Below are positions 1 to 10,700 of a DNA stretch of 40,777 nucleotides, piece by piece. The DNA comes from Candidatus Subterrananammoxibius californiae (lineage in GTDB: Bacteria > Planctomycetota > Brocadiia > Brocadiales > Subterrananammoxibiaceae), in NCBI GenBank assembly GCA_030586555.1, contig JAURAC010000028.1, positions 1-40,777 of the forward strand. The letters are read 5' to 3'. The notes below the pieces were generated by a model, which was not told where the DNA came from, did no database searches, and saw nothing but the letters and a program-made list of their open reading frames with translations. Position 1 is the stretch's first letter, and each line of letters opens with the position of its first letter. The position numbers were made by a program, and so were the translations under genes.

Positions 1-110
1 GGTGCAGGGGTCATGTAATGTTCTCCATCAATAAGTTCATGCCTCTTGCCATTTTCCGGGAAAAGTAGATAATCTTCGTAGGTAAATTTTACTGTTGATA
101 CGGGATTCAT
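1..110 (-). CDS. Uma2/DUF820 family endonuclease, N-terminal part (runs off window)
   Basis: Manual translation from ATG at 110: MNPVSTVKFTYEDYLLFPENGKRHELIDGEHYMTPAP, the typical Uma2 N-terminus. Not in the ORF track. Confidence 0.85.
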   Translation of the reverse strand, partial: MNPVSTVKFTYEDYLLFPENGKRHELIDGEHYMTPA

Positions 111-290
111 AAATGCACTCCGTTACTTTGATATAAGACCATTAAGAACATAATATCTGTTAAAAGCACGTCCCCGGAACATGCTTTTAACTATAACACC
201 TTTACGTAATAAAATCAAAAAAAACTCCCATATAAGTTACCTTTACTTCATGGATCTAAATTTCAAAACCCTGATGACAAAAGTAAGTGT

Positions 291-410
291 TTATAACATT
301 ATCAAGGCAAACAGGGTTAGTAAGAAAAGCACCGTTATAAACCCAACACCAAAGAATGCTAACAATTCAACTGCCTCTGTTGCCTGTTCCTTCTTTAATG
401 CCAACTTCAT
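291..410 (-). CDS. Small 39-aa single-pass membrane protein
   Basis: Manual translation MKLALKKEQATEAVELLAFFGVGFITVLFLLTLFALIML*. GGAG lies 9 nt upstream of the ATG. One long hydrophobic segment. Confidence 0.55.
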   Translation of the reverse strand: MKLALKKEQATEAVELLAFFGVGFITVLFLLTLFALIML

Positions 411-885
411 ATTTATTGCTCCATTTCGTGCCATAAAGAGTAGCACGAGTCTTCGATTCTGCTCGAAATATGCTAAGGTTTATTTTCTTCATTAATTATA
501 CCACATTTAGGCAAAATTGCTAATACGTGCTATTAGCAGTAGAGTTACATATAAGGTAGTTTATTAGTAGCGTTACCTTTGTTCAATTTTATTTTTCGGC
601 AAGTTTCCTTTAAAATAACTTTACAACTGAACATGGGGGCAAATATATAAGTATCTTATACAAAATAGATAAAAATGAAGAAATTTGTTTTAAATGAGCA
701 GAGAAAAAGGATACAATGTACCAACAAGGAAACATTTTTGTGTTTAATTTATTTCTTGAGGTTTTACCTTTTCCAGGTTTGTGGTATGGTGTTAGTTTTA
801 ATAACTCGAGAAAGTCAATTATTCCTGGTATAGTTGCAGTTTAGCAAAAAAATTTTATGTTCATGCATCATTTAAATGGTTAATT

Positions 886-2346
886 ATGAGACATAATAAA
901 AATATTTTTATGCGTGCTGTTTTCATAATTATATTCATATTCTTTTTTGGAGGGTGCCAAACACCTGCTCCTCTAAATCGTATCACATTTGTAAAGGATT
1001 TTCCTCTTTCTGGAGAAATTACTGTCGTCCCTACAAATAATAAAGGAGGTCAGACAGCGAGATTTTTGATAGAGAGTGAAAAAGATTCTTATATATTTGA
1101 TTTTGCTGAGATGGAAGCTACAAAGGTGTTGGTTAGACTTGACCATTATTCGTCCACTAACCTTCCAGAAAGGAAATATAGAAAGGCGGTCATAACTACA
1201 GAGATACGACTTGATAAAGATAACCAGCATGTAAAAGTTAGTCTGAAAGAGGGCAACATTATACTGAGTGCAGGACCGTTAAAAGGAGCGGATTGCAACA
1301 ATTTGTATAATGTTGATTATCATTCAAATGCACTCGACATACAGTTTGTTGGGTTTAGGGGGCTAACCTCATGCAGTGGAAAGGATTACGATAAGGCAAA
1401 CCCTCTCTTGATTGGCTCGCGTGATATAGCGAAAAGCGATTTTTTAAATCTTCCAAATTTCTTTACAGTCCAACAAGAACTTTTTATGGGCAAGCAATTT
1501 ACAGATGAATATATCGAGCAGAACAAGGAAGCCATCCTTCCACAAAATCATTCGACATCAACTTATCTCCAGGAATTGACGGAACGGATTGTTAATAATT
1601 CTGACAATCCTGATATACAACCCCATGTCTACGTTATTAATGCTGATGTTCTTAATGCTTTCGCCTTGCCCGGAGGTTATGTTTTCGTATTTCGTGGGCT
1701 TATTGATGCGGCCGAATCCGAGTCTCAGCTTGTTGGCGTATTGGGGCATGAATGGGCACATGTTACAGCTCGGCATGGTACAAGGAACATGGGTAGGGCA
1801 ATATTAACAACTAATGCAGCATTATTAGCCAGTTCAGCGCTGAAATCGTTATCTGATAAGACGATTTTTCTTAAAGAAGCAGAGCAGATTGTTAGTAAAA
1901 TGCTATCGCAAGGTGGCACACTTTTTCTGATGCACAAAAGCCGTGAGGCTGAGTTAGAGGCAGATAAAATAGGTTCGCAATATACCTGGGCTGCCGGATT
2001 TGAGCCGTGGGGGATTGCCGGAATGTTTGAAATTTTTAAGAAGAAGGCAGGTGGTGGCTCCACTTTTATAGAAGAATTGCTTAACACCCACCCGAATTAT
2101 GACACCCGCATACAGAATGTTCTTGATTTATGTGCGTTTTATTATCCTGAAAAAGGAAATTATATTCACACGTCTGATGCATTTGAAAATGCCAAAGGGA
2201 AACTTATGGAGTTACCGCTTCCTGACAGAGAGCATTCAAAGAATATCGGTATGGGTTTTGCCAATGCAATCAATGAATTTGTCAAGAATACCGTGCTTAC
2301 CGAATCGTTTGAACGGTATTTTGAGGATAGTAAGTCGGGAAATTAA
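886..2346 (+). CDS. M48 family Zn metallopeptidase, probable lipoprotein
   Basis: NAFALPGG, HEWAH, SREAELEAD and THP motifs. Lipobox-like FFGGC after a hydrophobic stretch. Confidence 0.88.
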   Translation: MRHNKNIFMRAVFIIIFIFFFGGCQTPAPLNRITFVKDFPLSGEITVVPTNNKGGQTARFLIESEKDSYIFDFAEMEATKVLVRLDHYSSTNLPERKYRKAVITTEIRLDKDNQHVKVSLKEGNIILSAGPLKGADCNNLYNVDYHSNALDIQFVGFRGLTSCSGKDYDKANPLLIGSRDIAKSDFLNLPNFFTVQQELFMGKQFTDEYIEQNKEAILPQNHSTSTYLQELTERIVNNSDNPDIQPHVYVINADVLNAFALPGGYVFVFRGLIDAAESESQLVGVLGHEWAHVTARHGTRNMGRAILTTNAALLASSALKSLSDKTIFLKEAEQIVSKMLSQGGTLFLMHKSREAELEADKIGSQYTWAAGFEPWGIAGMFEIFKKKAGGGSTFIEELLNTHPNYDTRIQNVLDLCAFYYPEKGNYIHTSDAFENAKGKLMELPLPDREHSKNIGMGFANAINEFVKNTVLTESFERYFEDSKSGN

Positions 2347-2436
2347 TCCAGTGCTTTGTAAGCAGTTTTTTTACATCAAGATTTACTCTTCATAAGATTA
2401 AAAATTGAGTGTGCTTTCATTAAAAAACGTTTTAAT

Positions 2437-2817
2437 TTACTTCTTTTGATACCATTCTCCATTTTCTTTTTGGACCCACTCACCGGGCTTAGCTTTCTCC
2501 GCAATTTGCTTAGCTCGACGTTTTCCTACAACATCGGCAGTAGTTCCCTGCCCTTTTGCAATATCGGAATAGACTATTTTCCGGTCTTTATTTTCAGCAT
2601 CTACAACGCTTTTATTACTTGTATCGTTTCCTAAACACTCTAAATATCCTTCATAGTTTTCACCTATCATACCTTTTGCTTTAAGTGTTAAGATTGTAGG
2701 AAGCCGGGACTTCATTCTACTTTTAACATCTTCTTCAGCATGTGTAAGGCTGATGATGACCGCTGTGGGTATGATAATAAGAGACAATAATATTTTAAGA
2801 AGCTTAAATTTGCCCAT
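2437..2817 (-). CDS. ydbL: YdbL/DUF1318 family protein
   Basis: Signal peptide, GE..GYL and EN.DR..Y..IA motifs, GEW.Q...G.W.QK C-terminus. Operon context with ynbE and ydbH. Confidence 0.85.
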   Translation of the reverse strand: MGKFKLLKILLSLIIIPTAVIISLTHAEEDVKSRMKSRLPTILTLKAKGMIGENYEGYLECLGNDTSNKSVVDAENKDRKIVYSDIAKGQGTTADVVGKRRAKQIAEKAKPGEWVQKENGEWYQKK

Positions 2818-2852
2818 AATTAATCTCCCTAATTAACAAAAAGTTTTAAAAT

Positions 2853-3095
2853 TTACTTTTCAACAGTACCACTTTTTTCAACATTGTTTGGTTTGTCTTC
2901 GGCTTTAATCTCACCTTCTGCCTTATCGAGGTCTTGAAAGAAATCGTCCAGAGCTTTGTCAATTTTAACGTTTACGTCTATTGTGATGTGAATTGGCTTT
3001 ATTTCAACAGGTGCCACATTGATTTCATGGCGAGTACATCCCAGCACAGATAGATACATTAGAGTAATTAATAGAAAATTACGACCTTTTGCCAT
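2853..3095 (-). CDS. ynbE: YnbE-like lipoprotein
   Basis: Lipobox VLGC and PIHITIDVNVKID..LDDFF motif. Lies between ydbH and ydbL. Confidence 0.8.
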   Translation of the reverse strand: MAKGRNFLLITLMYLSVLGCTRHEINVAPVEIKPIHITIDVNVKIDKALDDFFQDLDKAEGEIKAEDKPNNVEKSGTVEK

Positions 3096-3107
3096 ATTGT
3101 GACCTCC

Positions 3108-5684
3108 TTAATCTTTATTTAATATATTAATACTATTAATTAAGTTGTCAATACCTTGTTTATAATACAAGATTTTGTTTATGGGAAATCTGAAATTAAA
3201 GTCTAATTGCATCGGGTAACTAATTCCGTGCCCACTGTCTGCTTTCATTCTAACGAAAGTCCCAATTTCTTTGTTGTAAGTGAATGGTAAAGGTTTCGCT
3301 GGTTTCCCATTAAGGCTCATTTGCATAATTAAATCATCTTTTTCAGAATTCAATGAAAGTATTATCCAGTCATAATTAAAATCCTTGAGAGCCTCTTTGG
3401 CAAAATCAAGTTGAAAATATTGAGGGGTATTCTGGGGAATACCGATGTCAAATGTTTCAGTTCCAGTTACGTGAATTATACCTTCTTTTCCCGGTGTTGA
3501 GTACAAAAATCCGTTGTTGATAGACAATTTTCCATTTACAAATTTGATGGGTATTCTACCATTAATTGCACCACTGCCTTCAGCCCTCGCTATGCCAAAT
3601 TGGTCAAAAATCTTTGAAAGTTTTAACCTATTACAGTATAGAGTAATATCATAATCAGTTCCATAAAATGGAACACGCATGGAATGGGTATAAACATCTC
3701 CGTCACACCATTTAAATTCAAAATTTTCCACAAAAATATTTTCAGGTGATTCTATCTGAAATCCAATTTTACCATCACCAAAAGTAACGTTCCCGAAGGA
3801 AACTTTTTTGAAATGAAACTGCTGGTTTGGAGAACTCCGTATGCTAAAAAGTTCAGGTATTGAAAGCTCACAATCAATTCCCTCAATGGTAAATCCTTGT
3901 CGCTCAAACTTAAGGTTTGAGTTTTGCATAATGGTATTCATTGAACATTTAATGTTACCTTCAGCATTAACATACAAGTTACCATCGAGTTCAAGTTCAC
4001 CACTAAATAATATTCCTTCTGCTTTGGGTGTGAATGCACTTAAATCTAAATTAGAATTAAATCGTGTTACATTGAAATTAACTTTCGTTTTAAAGTCTTG
4101 TTCTACGAAATAGCCCGCATTTCCATTAAAGTTCAGGGTCAACCCTGGCAAAAGATTACTGGTATGCGTACCATCGAAAGTTACACCCAATTTACTTTGA
4201 CTTATAGTTCCTGAGACTGCTCCAATTTCTAAATTTTTCCAGTTAATAGCATCCACGAAGAAGTTACCCATTTCCCCTGAATTTTCACATGGCCATTGAA
4301 GAGGTATATTTCCTGCAATTCCAGTAACTTTGGTATTATATTCCGGATAAGATATTTCAGTGTTTTCAAAATTTGCAATAGCATTCATAAGCGTTGAACC
4401 ATCTTTTTTATAATGGACATCGCCTGCAAGTAAAAGTTCGGGTGTGTATATTGTTAAGTATTTTGAGGATAAATCGGTATTAGAAATTTTTAATTCAAAA
4501 TCCGTCATTCCTTCCGTAAAATTGCTATTTAAATTAGTATTACTTGCTAAAGAAATTAAAGAAAATTTAATTGATGTATTTCCTTGTACAAGTTTAAAAT
4601 CGTTGATTTCCGTCGTAAAATCTATCTTTCCTTTTGAGTCAGTTCCCTTTGCTGAAAAAGTGACACTGGGAAATTTAGAAATAATATCCGTCGTATTGAA
4701 TCTGAGTTTGCAGTCTTTTATCGGTGTATCCGATTTCTTAAAGGCAGGATAATTGGAAAGCTTGAATTCCCATTCACCTGTACGATTAAATTTGGCAGAA
4801 AACTCTCCAGTAGTATTAATGGGTTCTGGAATCTGTAAAGGGCAATACACATTTCTATCCGTTTTCTCTATCGTAATGAAAAACTGTCCTGAAATTTCAG
4901 TAGACCCCGAAAGGGATTGGAAGTTGCAGTTAGTCTCGACATTGCCCGATATTGTTAGACACGGAATAGAACTTGCAATGTCCTTAAATCTTTCCAAGTG
5001 GAACGAATCAAAATAAAATTTAAGTAATGCCTTCTTTTCAGGTAAATATACATGTGAAGAGAGTGTTAATTTTTGTTCACGTGGATATACCTGCAGAGTA
5101 CATTCAAAAGTATTCAAGTGTTCTTCTTTTGCTACAATGGAGAGGTCAAATGGAATACGATAGGTTTGTCTATTATAACTATACACTAAAACTGCATTAC
5201 GAATCTTAAGGCTTCCAATGCTTATTGGGAATTGAATAGTATCCTCAGTAACCTCTGAAACCTTCTTGTCAGGTGTTTGTGCTGCAGAAAATGACTCCCA
5301 ATCAAGACCTTGAATGGTAAATTTTCCATTTGAAAACTTGCATTTAACTTCGATTCCAGCCATAATAATGCTATCAATTTGTTTTCTTAATAATCCTGTG
5401 ATTGAATAATTTATCCGTACCGATTCAACGGAGATAGAGGGCTCATTTAAATCGCCAATATACAGCCCACCCAGGTCCAGACCAGTAAAACCTATTCTGC
5501 GTACATCACACTCAAAGTTTTTTATTCCTGCATTTTGAAAAAGTCTTGGTAAAATCTTTGATTCAACATATTTTGGGATGTAAAAATAAAATAAAGTAAA
5601 CCCTGTAAAAAGAAGAAGCAATACAATTAACGTAGTAGGTAGGACTAAATTGCGGCTAAAAAATTTTTTATTGGTAGAACTCAT
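3108..5684 (-). CDS. ydbH: YdbH-domain AsmA-like intermembrane lipid transport protein
   Basis: N-terminal TM anchor, long beta-rich body, G.G.I.GRIP and ALKDFNYD motifs. ATG at 5684 preferred over TTG at 5687. Confidence 0.82.
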   Translation of the reverse strand: MSSTNKKFFSRNLVLPTTLIVLLLLFTGFTLFYFYIPKYVESKILPRLFQNAGIKNFECDVRRIGFTGLDLGGLYIGDLNEPSISVESVRINYSITGLLRKQIDSIIMAGIEVKCKFSNGKFTIQGLDWESFSAAQTPDKKVSEVTEDTIQFPISIGSLKIRNAVLVYSYNRQTYRIPFDLSIVAKEEHLNTFECTLQVYPREQKLTLSSHVYLPEKKALLKFYFDSFHLERFKDIASSIPCLTISGNVETNCNFQSLSGSTEISGQFFITIEKTDRNVYCPLQIPEPINTTGEFSAKFNRTGEWEFKLSNYPAFKKSDTPIKDCKLRFNTTDIISKFPSVTFSAKGTDSKGKIDFTTEINDFKLVQGNTSIKFSLISLASNTNLNSNFTEGMTDFELKISNTDLSSKYLTIYTPELLLAGDVHYKKDGSTLMNAIANFENTEISYPEYNTKVTGIAGNIPLQWPCENSGEMGNFFVDAINWKNLEIGAVSGTISQSKLGVTFDGTHTSNLLPGLTLNFNGNAGYFVEQDFKTKVNFNVTRFNSNLDLSAFTPKAEGILFSGELELDGNLYVNAEGNIKCSMNTIMQNSNLKFERQGFTIEGIDCELSIPELFSIRSSPNQQFHFKKVSFGNVTFGDGKIGFQIESPENIFVENFEFKWCDGDVYTHSMRVPFYGTDYDITLYCNRLKLSKIFDQFGIARAEGSGAINGRIPIKFVNGKLSINNGFLYSTPGKEGIIHVTGTETFDIGIPQNTPQYFQLDFAKEALKDFNYDWIILSLNSEKDDLIMQMSLNGKPAKPLPFTYNKEIGTFVRMKADSGHGISYPMQLDFNFRFPINKILYYKQGIDNLINSINILNKD

Positions 5685-5810
5685 CAATTTTATGCACGAT
5701 ATTATAACATATCCGGTGGGTAACTGACAGGTATTTTTTTATTTGGTTTGCCTATTTTTCTGGTAAAAATACACTTTTTATGATACCGTAAGATTTACGT
5801 ACACAGGATA

Positions 5811-7220
5811 ATGGAGGAACAGATGATAATATTTCGATTTTCAATATACTTGATATTTTTAGTCTTACTAATACAGTGGGCAGCTTTCTGTTCTAACAAT
5901 AATGGAGCGACGGCTGAAGAAGGCACTTATCCACGGCGAAGCCCTGTCGTAGTTGCCGTAGAAAAGGTCGGACCTGCGGTTGCAAACCTCAGTACAGAGC
6001 GGGTTATTGCTCCTCGCTATATAGACCCCTTCTTTGGGTCAAGAAACGAACTCTTTGATAGATTCTTTGAGGATTTCTTTGGCAGTCAGTATCCGAAAGA
6101 AAGGGTCGAGAGACCACTCGGTTCCGGAGTGATTATAGATGAGGATGGCTATATTGTAACTGATGAACATGTGGTTAGCAGGGCAACCAAAATCAAGGTC
6201 ACATTGTCTGACAGGTCAGAGTTCGAGGCTACCGTAGTGAGTTCAGATTCCATTAATGACCTTGCGGTTTTAAAGGTAAATGCGCCAAAACCCCTTCCAT
6301 TCGTAAAAATGGGAACGTCTAACGATTTAATGATTGGGGAGACGGTCATTGCACTTGGGAATCCCTTTGGGCTTGAGAACTCGGTAACGACAGGGGTATT
6401 AAGCGCAATCAATAGAAAATTAACATTCGGAGAAATGGTTTATGAAGACCTTATCCAGACGGATGCCTCAATAAACCCCGGTAATAGCGGCGGACCGTTA
6501 GTCAATATTAACGGGGAGCTTATTGGCATAAATACCGCAATAGTTGACCAGGCGCAGGGGATTGGATTTTCCATCCCGGTTGATAAGGTAAGGCAAACCT
6601 TGGCAGAACTCCTTAACTTTGAGGAAATAAATAAAATATGGTTTGGTGCAAAGGTGGAGGATTCAAAATCAGGTGCACATGGCGTAACAGTCACTTCGGT
6701 GGATGACGGCAGTCCAGCAGAAAAGGCAGGACTGAAAAAAGACGACATTATCGCCGGGATTGATTCGAAGCCTATCAATGACGTCCTTGATTTCAGAAAA
6801 AACATACTTAAAAGAAACGTTAACGATACACTTAACATTTTAATAGTTAGAGATGGTGTTGAACATAAGGCGCATATAACACTGGCAAAGACGCCTGTGC
6901 CCTCGGTTGAGAAGCTTGCTAAGGAAAGGTTCGGTATAGAAGTACAGGAGTTAACCACGGCTATCGCAAAACAGCTAAGGCTATGGTGGATAAAAGGCGG
7001 TGTACTAATTTCAGGGGTTGAGCAAAATAGTCCAGCCGGAGATGTCGGGATTAATCCCGGCTACGTCATTGTGCGTTTAGGGCGGTACAGGATTAATAAC
7101 ATGAATGAGCTGGGCATTACGTTAAATCAAATCCGCAGGGGAGATTTTGTAGACGTTGGTCTTGCATGGTCCGATGCTACTGGTGAACACCAGGGATACG
7201 CCCGCCTCAGGGCAAGATAA
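5811..7220 (+). CDS. htrA: HtrA/DegP-like trypsin serine protease with two PDZ domains
   Basis: GSGVII, HVV, DLAVLK and IQTDASINPGNSGGPL motifs, followed by two PDZ-like regions. Confidence 0.93.
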   Translation: MEEQMIIFRFSIYLIFLVLLIQWAAFCSNNNGATAEEGTYPRRSPVVVAVEKVGPAVANLSTERVIAPRYIDPFFGSRNELFDRFFEDFFGSQYPKERVERPLGSGVIIDEDGYIVTDEHVVSRATKIKVTLSDRSEFEATVVSSDSINDLAVLKVNAPKPLPFVKMGTSNDLMIGETVIALGNPFGLENSVTTGVLSAINRKLTFGEMVYEDLIQTDASINPGNSGGPLVNINGELIGINTAIVDQAQGIGFSIPVDKVRQTLAELLNFEEINKIWFGAKVEDSKSGAHGVTVTSVDDGSPAEKAGLKKDDIIAGIDSKPINDVLDFRKNILKRNVNDTLNILIVRDGVEHKAHITLAKTPVPSVEKLAKERFGIEVQELTTAIAKQLRLWWIKGGVLISGVEQNSPAGDVGINPGYVIVRLGRYRINNMNELGITLNQIRRGDFVDVGLAWSDATGEHQGYARLRAR

Positions 7221-7253
7221 AGTATAAGACCAAAGATTTTTTCCGAAAAACCC

Positions 7254-7281
7254 TTGACATGGTAAATTTTTCTGGTATACT
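7254..7281 (+). promoter_or_regulatory. Sigma70-type promoter
   Basis: TTGACA-16 nt-TATACT with an extended TG. Confidence 0.6.
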
Positions 7282-7391
7282 TCCTACAAGTTTATTGACC
7301 GACCATTCCCCGTTTTCACGAGGACAAGATTATCATCAAAAAGTAAAGGAGAGAATTGGTATGGCTTATGCCAAACCTGTTGGGAACATAG

Positions 7392-7413
7392 TCTCTCTCT
7401 CTCTCTCTCTCTC
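7392..7413. repeat. (TC)11 microsatellite
   Basis: Pure dinucleotide run in the leader of the large surface-protein gene. Confidence 0.9.
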
Positions 7414-7449
7414 GAAAGAGTAGGTCTTTTGTTTTTCCGCCCAATTATT

Positions 7450-7507
7450 GTAGGGGCGAACCTATGTGTTCGCCCAAAAAGGGGCAGACACACAGGTCTG
7501 CCCCTAC
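7450..7507. repeat. GTAG-class REP doublet
   Basis: GTAGGGGCGAACCTATGTGTTCGCCC-AAAAAG-GGGCAGACACACAGGTCTGCCCCTAC: two inverted REP hairpins. Confidence 0.8.
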
Positions 7508-7546
7508 GGCACAAATTTTTCCAATTATACCAAACCCTGCGAACAT

Positions 7547-7584
7547 TGTCATTGCAAGTCCGCCTCAGGCGGGCGAACAATCTC
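7547..7584 (+). repeat. TGTCATTGC..CAATCTC REP-like element with a nested CCGCCTCAGGCGG palindrome
   Basis: tgtcattgcaagt-ccgcctcaggcgg-gcgaacaatctc. Relatives at 12293-12329 and 22471-22506. Confidence 0.65.
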
Positions 7585-7600
7585 ATACTTTTGTACTACC

Positions 7601-7681
7601 CTGTTTACTGCCTACTACCTACTGTCTACTTTTTGCCCGTTGCTCATTGCTCATCATCTATCGCCTATTGCCTATTGCCCG
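7601..7681 (+). repeat. Degenerate heptamer tandem arrays (CTGCCTA-like x4, TTGCCTA-like x7)
   Basis: ctgttta ctgccta ctaccta ctgtcta ... ttgcccg ttgctca ttgctca tcatcta tcgccta ttgccta ttgcccg. Confidence 0.8.
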
Positions 7682-7726
7682 TATTATTGCTCATTCGGCG
7701 GATTAATGAAAGGGGAGGAATGGATT

Positions 7727-10700
7727 ATGAAGTCTAAAAAATACCTATTTCTAATCTGTTTATTTTTGCTATCTTCTTTTTGCATACCCAACACCATTGC
7801 ACTTGCCGAGTATGCCGCTCAAGATATTGCGGTTACTCAAATAGGCTTTGTAGAAGAACAAACAGTTGTGTCAGGAGATGCTATCTTCCTAACGGTAACA
7901 GTAGAGGTTGAGAATAAAGGCATTGATGATGCACAAAATATTCCAATTACCGTTTATGTTGGCGAAGAAATAATAGCACAGGATACAATCCATTACCTTT
8001 ATGCCGGCGAGATATTAAACTTTTCCTACGATTGGGCAATCTCAGCTCAAACAATACCCTACAAATCCAATTTAAGGGCAGAAATTGGTTTTATAGAGGA
8101 GCGAGACGAGTACATTGATAAAGGCACTATGTCAAGGAGCTTCACTCTAATTGAGGAAAACGGGAAAATAGTTATAAGATATAGCGTGCCCGTTCACAAG
8201 TGGATTACAAGACAGGCGGTAGAATTCCTTAAGGCAAGGACAAATATCCAAGCTCTTAAGGATGAGCTTACCAACGCTGTTATTGATATTTTAGCGTTAG
8301 GAGCACAACAAGAAGATTGTACCACCTTTATGGAACCGTATTGCGCATATCCAGCTGATGTTAATGCAAGGTGGTTAAGACATTTTTATCGCCCTACGGA
8401 TGGAAGAGGTTATTATTCCGCAGGAATTTGGTACGATAGTGCCTTAGCATGGGCTGAGGGCGGAATACGTGACCCTGTAAATAGTTACGACTGGTACGAT
8501 GCTAGACTCAAATATACTTCTGGCGACAAAGGTGGTGCTTATTTGGCTTTAGGTCATGTGCTTCATTTAATAGAAGATGTTTCACTCCCAGAACATACAC
8601 ATCTTGAGTGCCATACCGATGCTTATCATGCCCCTTGTGGGCCACTTGGCTATGAAACGTATGTAACAAATAATCTTTTTACTTCCGAATCTGCACTCTT
8701 GCCTTTAGAGATATATAGGGTCTTATATTATCTTAGCAATTACAGTAGCTATTATAATGATGATTTAGAACATATCCCATCTACCCCTACCCCTCCCCAT
8801 ACCGATTATACAGGCAATGCTATTTCAAATAACGGTATCGTAAAGTTCAATAATATTGGGTATTATATTAGAAATCTTGCAAAAACAAGTTATTATCTGA
8901 ATAGACACAAAGCGGACCTAAGTGATACAAGTAAAAGTGGTTCATCTATAGGACCTTTAGGCCTGATGTTCCCTTCCACTAAACTCTACTATTCGTGGTG
9001 GCACTCGTGCTGGTTTATACCAGATTTAGACGGTTGGTTCACGGAAGGAGGTTGTTTAGATACGTGGTCTAATAACGGCTCTTGGTGGGAAGTGGCGGAT
9101 GAGCAGGAAAATAACTATGATAGTGAAAAAGGTTTTTATTACATAGAGGATACTCAGCACGCGATTCCTTCGTATTATAAGACCTACTGGGATCCTGATA
9201 AAACAGATGGTTCTAATGACAAATATGACGGTTACAACAGTTATGGATTATCCCTTGCAGAATTATACGCAAGGGACTTGATTCCTCTTGCAATAAGGTA
9301 CGTAGCCGGTGCAATAGAGCTATTCTGGATGCAAACCCACCCACCAAGTATTACCAGCGTGAATTCTGGCAATTCCGTGGTTGGTTCAAATAACAAACAA
9401 TGGATACCAATCGGTGGAAGCAATTTTGTGAGTGGTTTTAGCGCAACTTTTAAGGATGTAACTAACAATGTCACATACCCGACCATCACTGATCCCACAC
9501 GTCTCTCCTTTATCAGTGGTTCCCAAGTGAGCGTTGAGGCCGGTGTAGGTACCGATTCTGCAACGTGGAGCGTCATAATCACCAATCCAGTTGGGTTGGC
9601 ATCCAATGAATTCCAGTTCAGCGTGGTACCTCCCGGAACCACGACAACGACAACCACCACAACCACGAGGACAACAACTACTACATCCACTACGAGAACA
9701 ACTACAACTACTTCCACTACAACTACACAGCCACCGGGGACTACTACTACAACAACGACAACTACTATAACAAGTACAACTATTCAAGGGCAAACTACTA
9801 CAACCTCAACAACCACAACTACAAGCAGTACAACTACAACCACTCTTGGTACTCCGACTACAACCGTGCCATGCCAGTGGAATATATATCCCATTGACTT
9901 TGGGAACGGTTACACCTCCCTTGCCTTTGATACATCAGGCAACCCAGCTATTTCGTATAGGAGTGAAATTGACAGGCTCAAATATGCTTACTTTAACGGC
10001 ACCTCATGGATTGTAACTACTGTTGATTCATCAATGAGAGTAGACATGTACATCTCCCTTGCCTTTGATGCATCTGGCAATCCCGCTATTTCGTATTATG
10101 ATCCAACCAACCGCGACCTCAAATACGCCCATGACAAAAACGGAGACGGGGACTTTGCAGACCCCGGCGAAATAATCTCCGTTGACCCTGCGGGGAATGC
10201 TGGTTCGCATAACTCCCTCGCCTTTGATTCATCAGGCAACCCGGCTATTTCGTATCATGAGGAATATTATTATTATAATCTCAAATACGCCCACGACAAA
10301 AACGGAGATGGGGACTTTGCAGATGCGGGTGAGATAGTTACTGCTGATTCCCCACATAGAGTAGGCCTGTACACCTCCCTCGCCTTTGATTCGTTAGACA
10401 ACCCGGCTATTTCGTATTACGATGATTTCGAGCAAGACCTCAAATACGCCCATGACGCAAACGGAGACGGAGACTTCACAGACCCCGGCGAAATAATCAC
10501 CGTTGACTCTGAAGGGCCTGTAGGCTCGTACACCTCCCTCGCCTTCGACACATCCGGCAACCCAGCTATTTCATATAGTGATCCTATTAACAATGGCCTC
10601 AAATACGCCCATGACACTAACGGAGACGGAGACTTCACAGACCCCGGCGAAATAATCACCGTTGACACCACAGGGGACGACGTATGGTTTACCTCCCTCG

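Noticed and set aside
181..495. 104-aa plus-strand ORF
   Set aside because: No recognisable features or RBS. It is antisense to the better-supported 39-aa ORF.
6155..6175. HtrA TDEHV instead of the usual TNxHV
   Set aside because: The His-Asp-Ser triad motifs are intact, so this is a minor variant.
7202..7211. ccgcctcagg half-palindrome at the htrA 3' end
   Set aside because: It lacks the second arm and could be chance.
7466..7726. ORF-track N-terminal extension of the 1350-aa ORF, and ORFs 7284-7586, 7429-7737 and 7464-7706
   Set aside because: These read through REP and heptamer DNA. The RBS and signal peptide point to ATG 7727.
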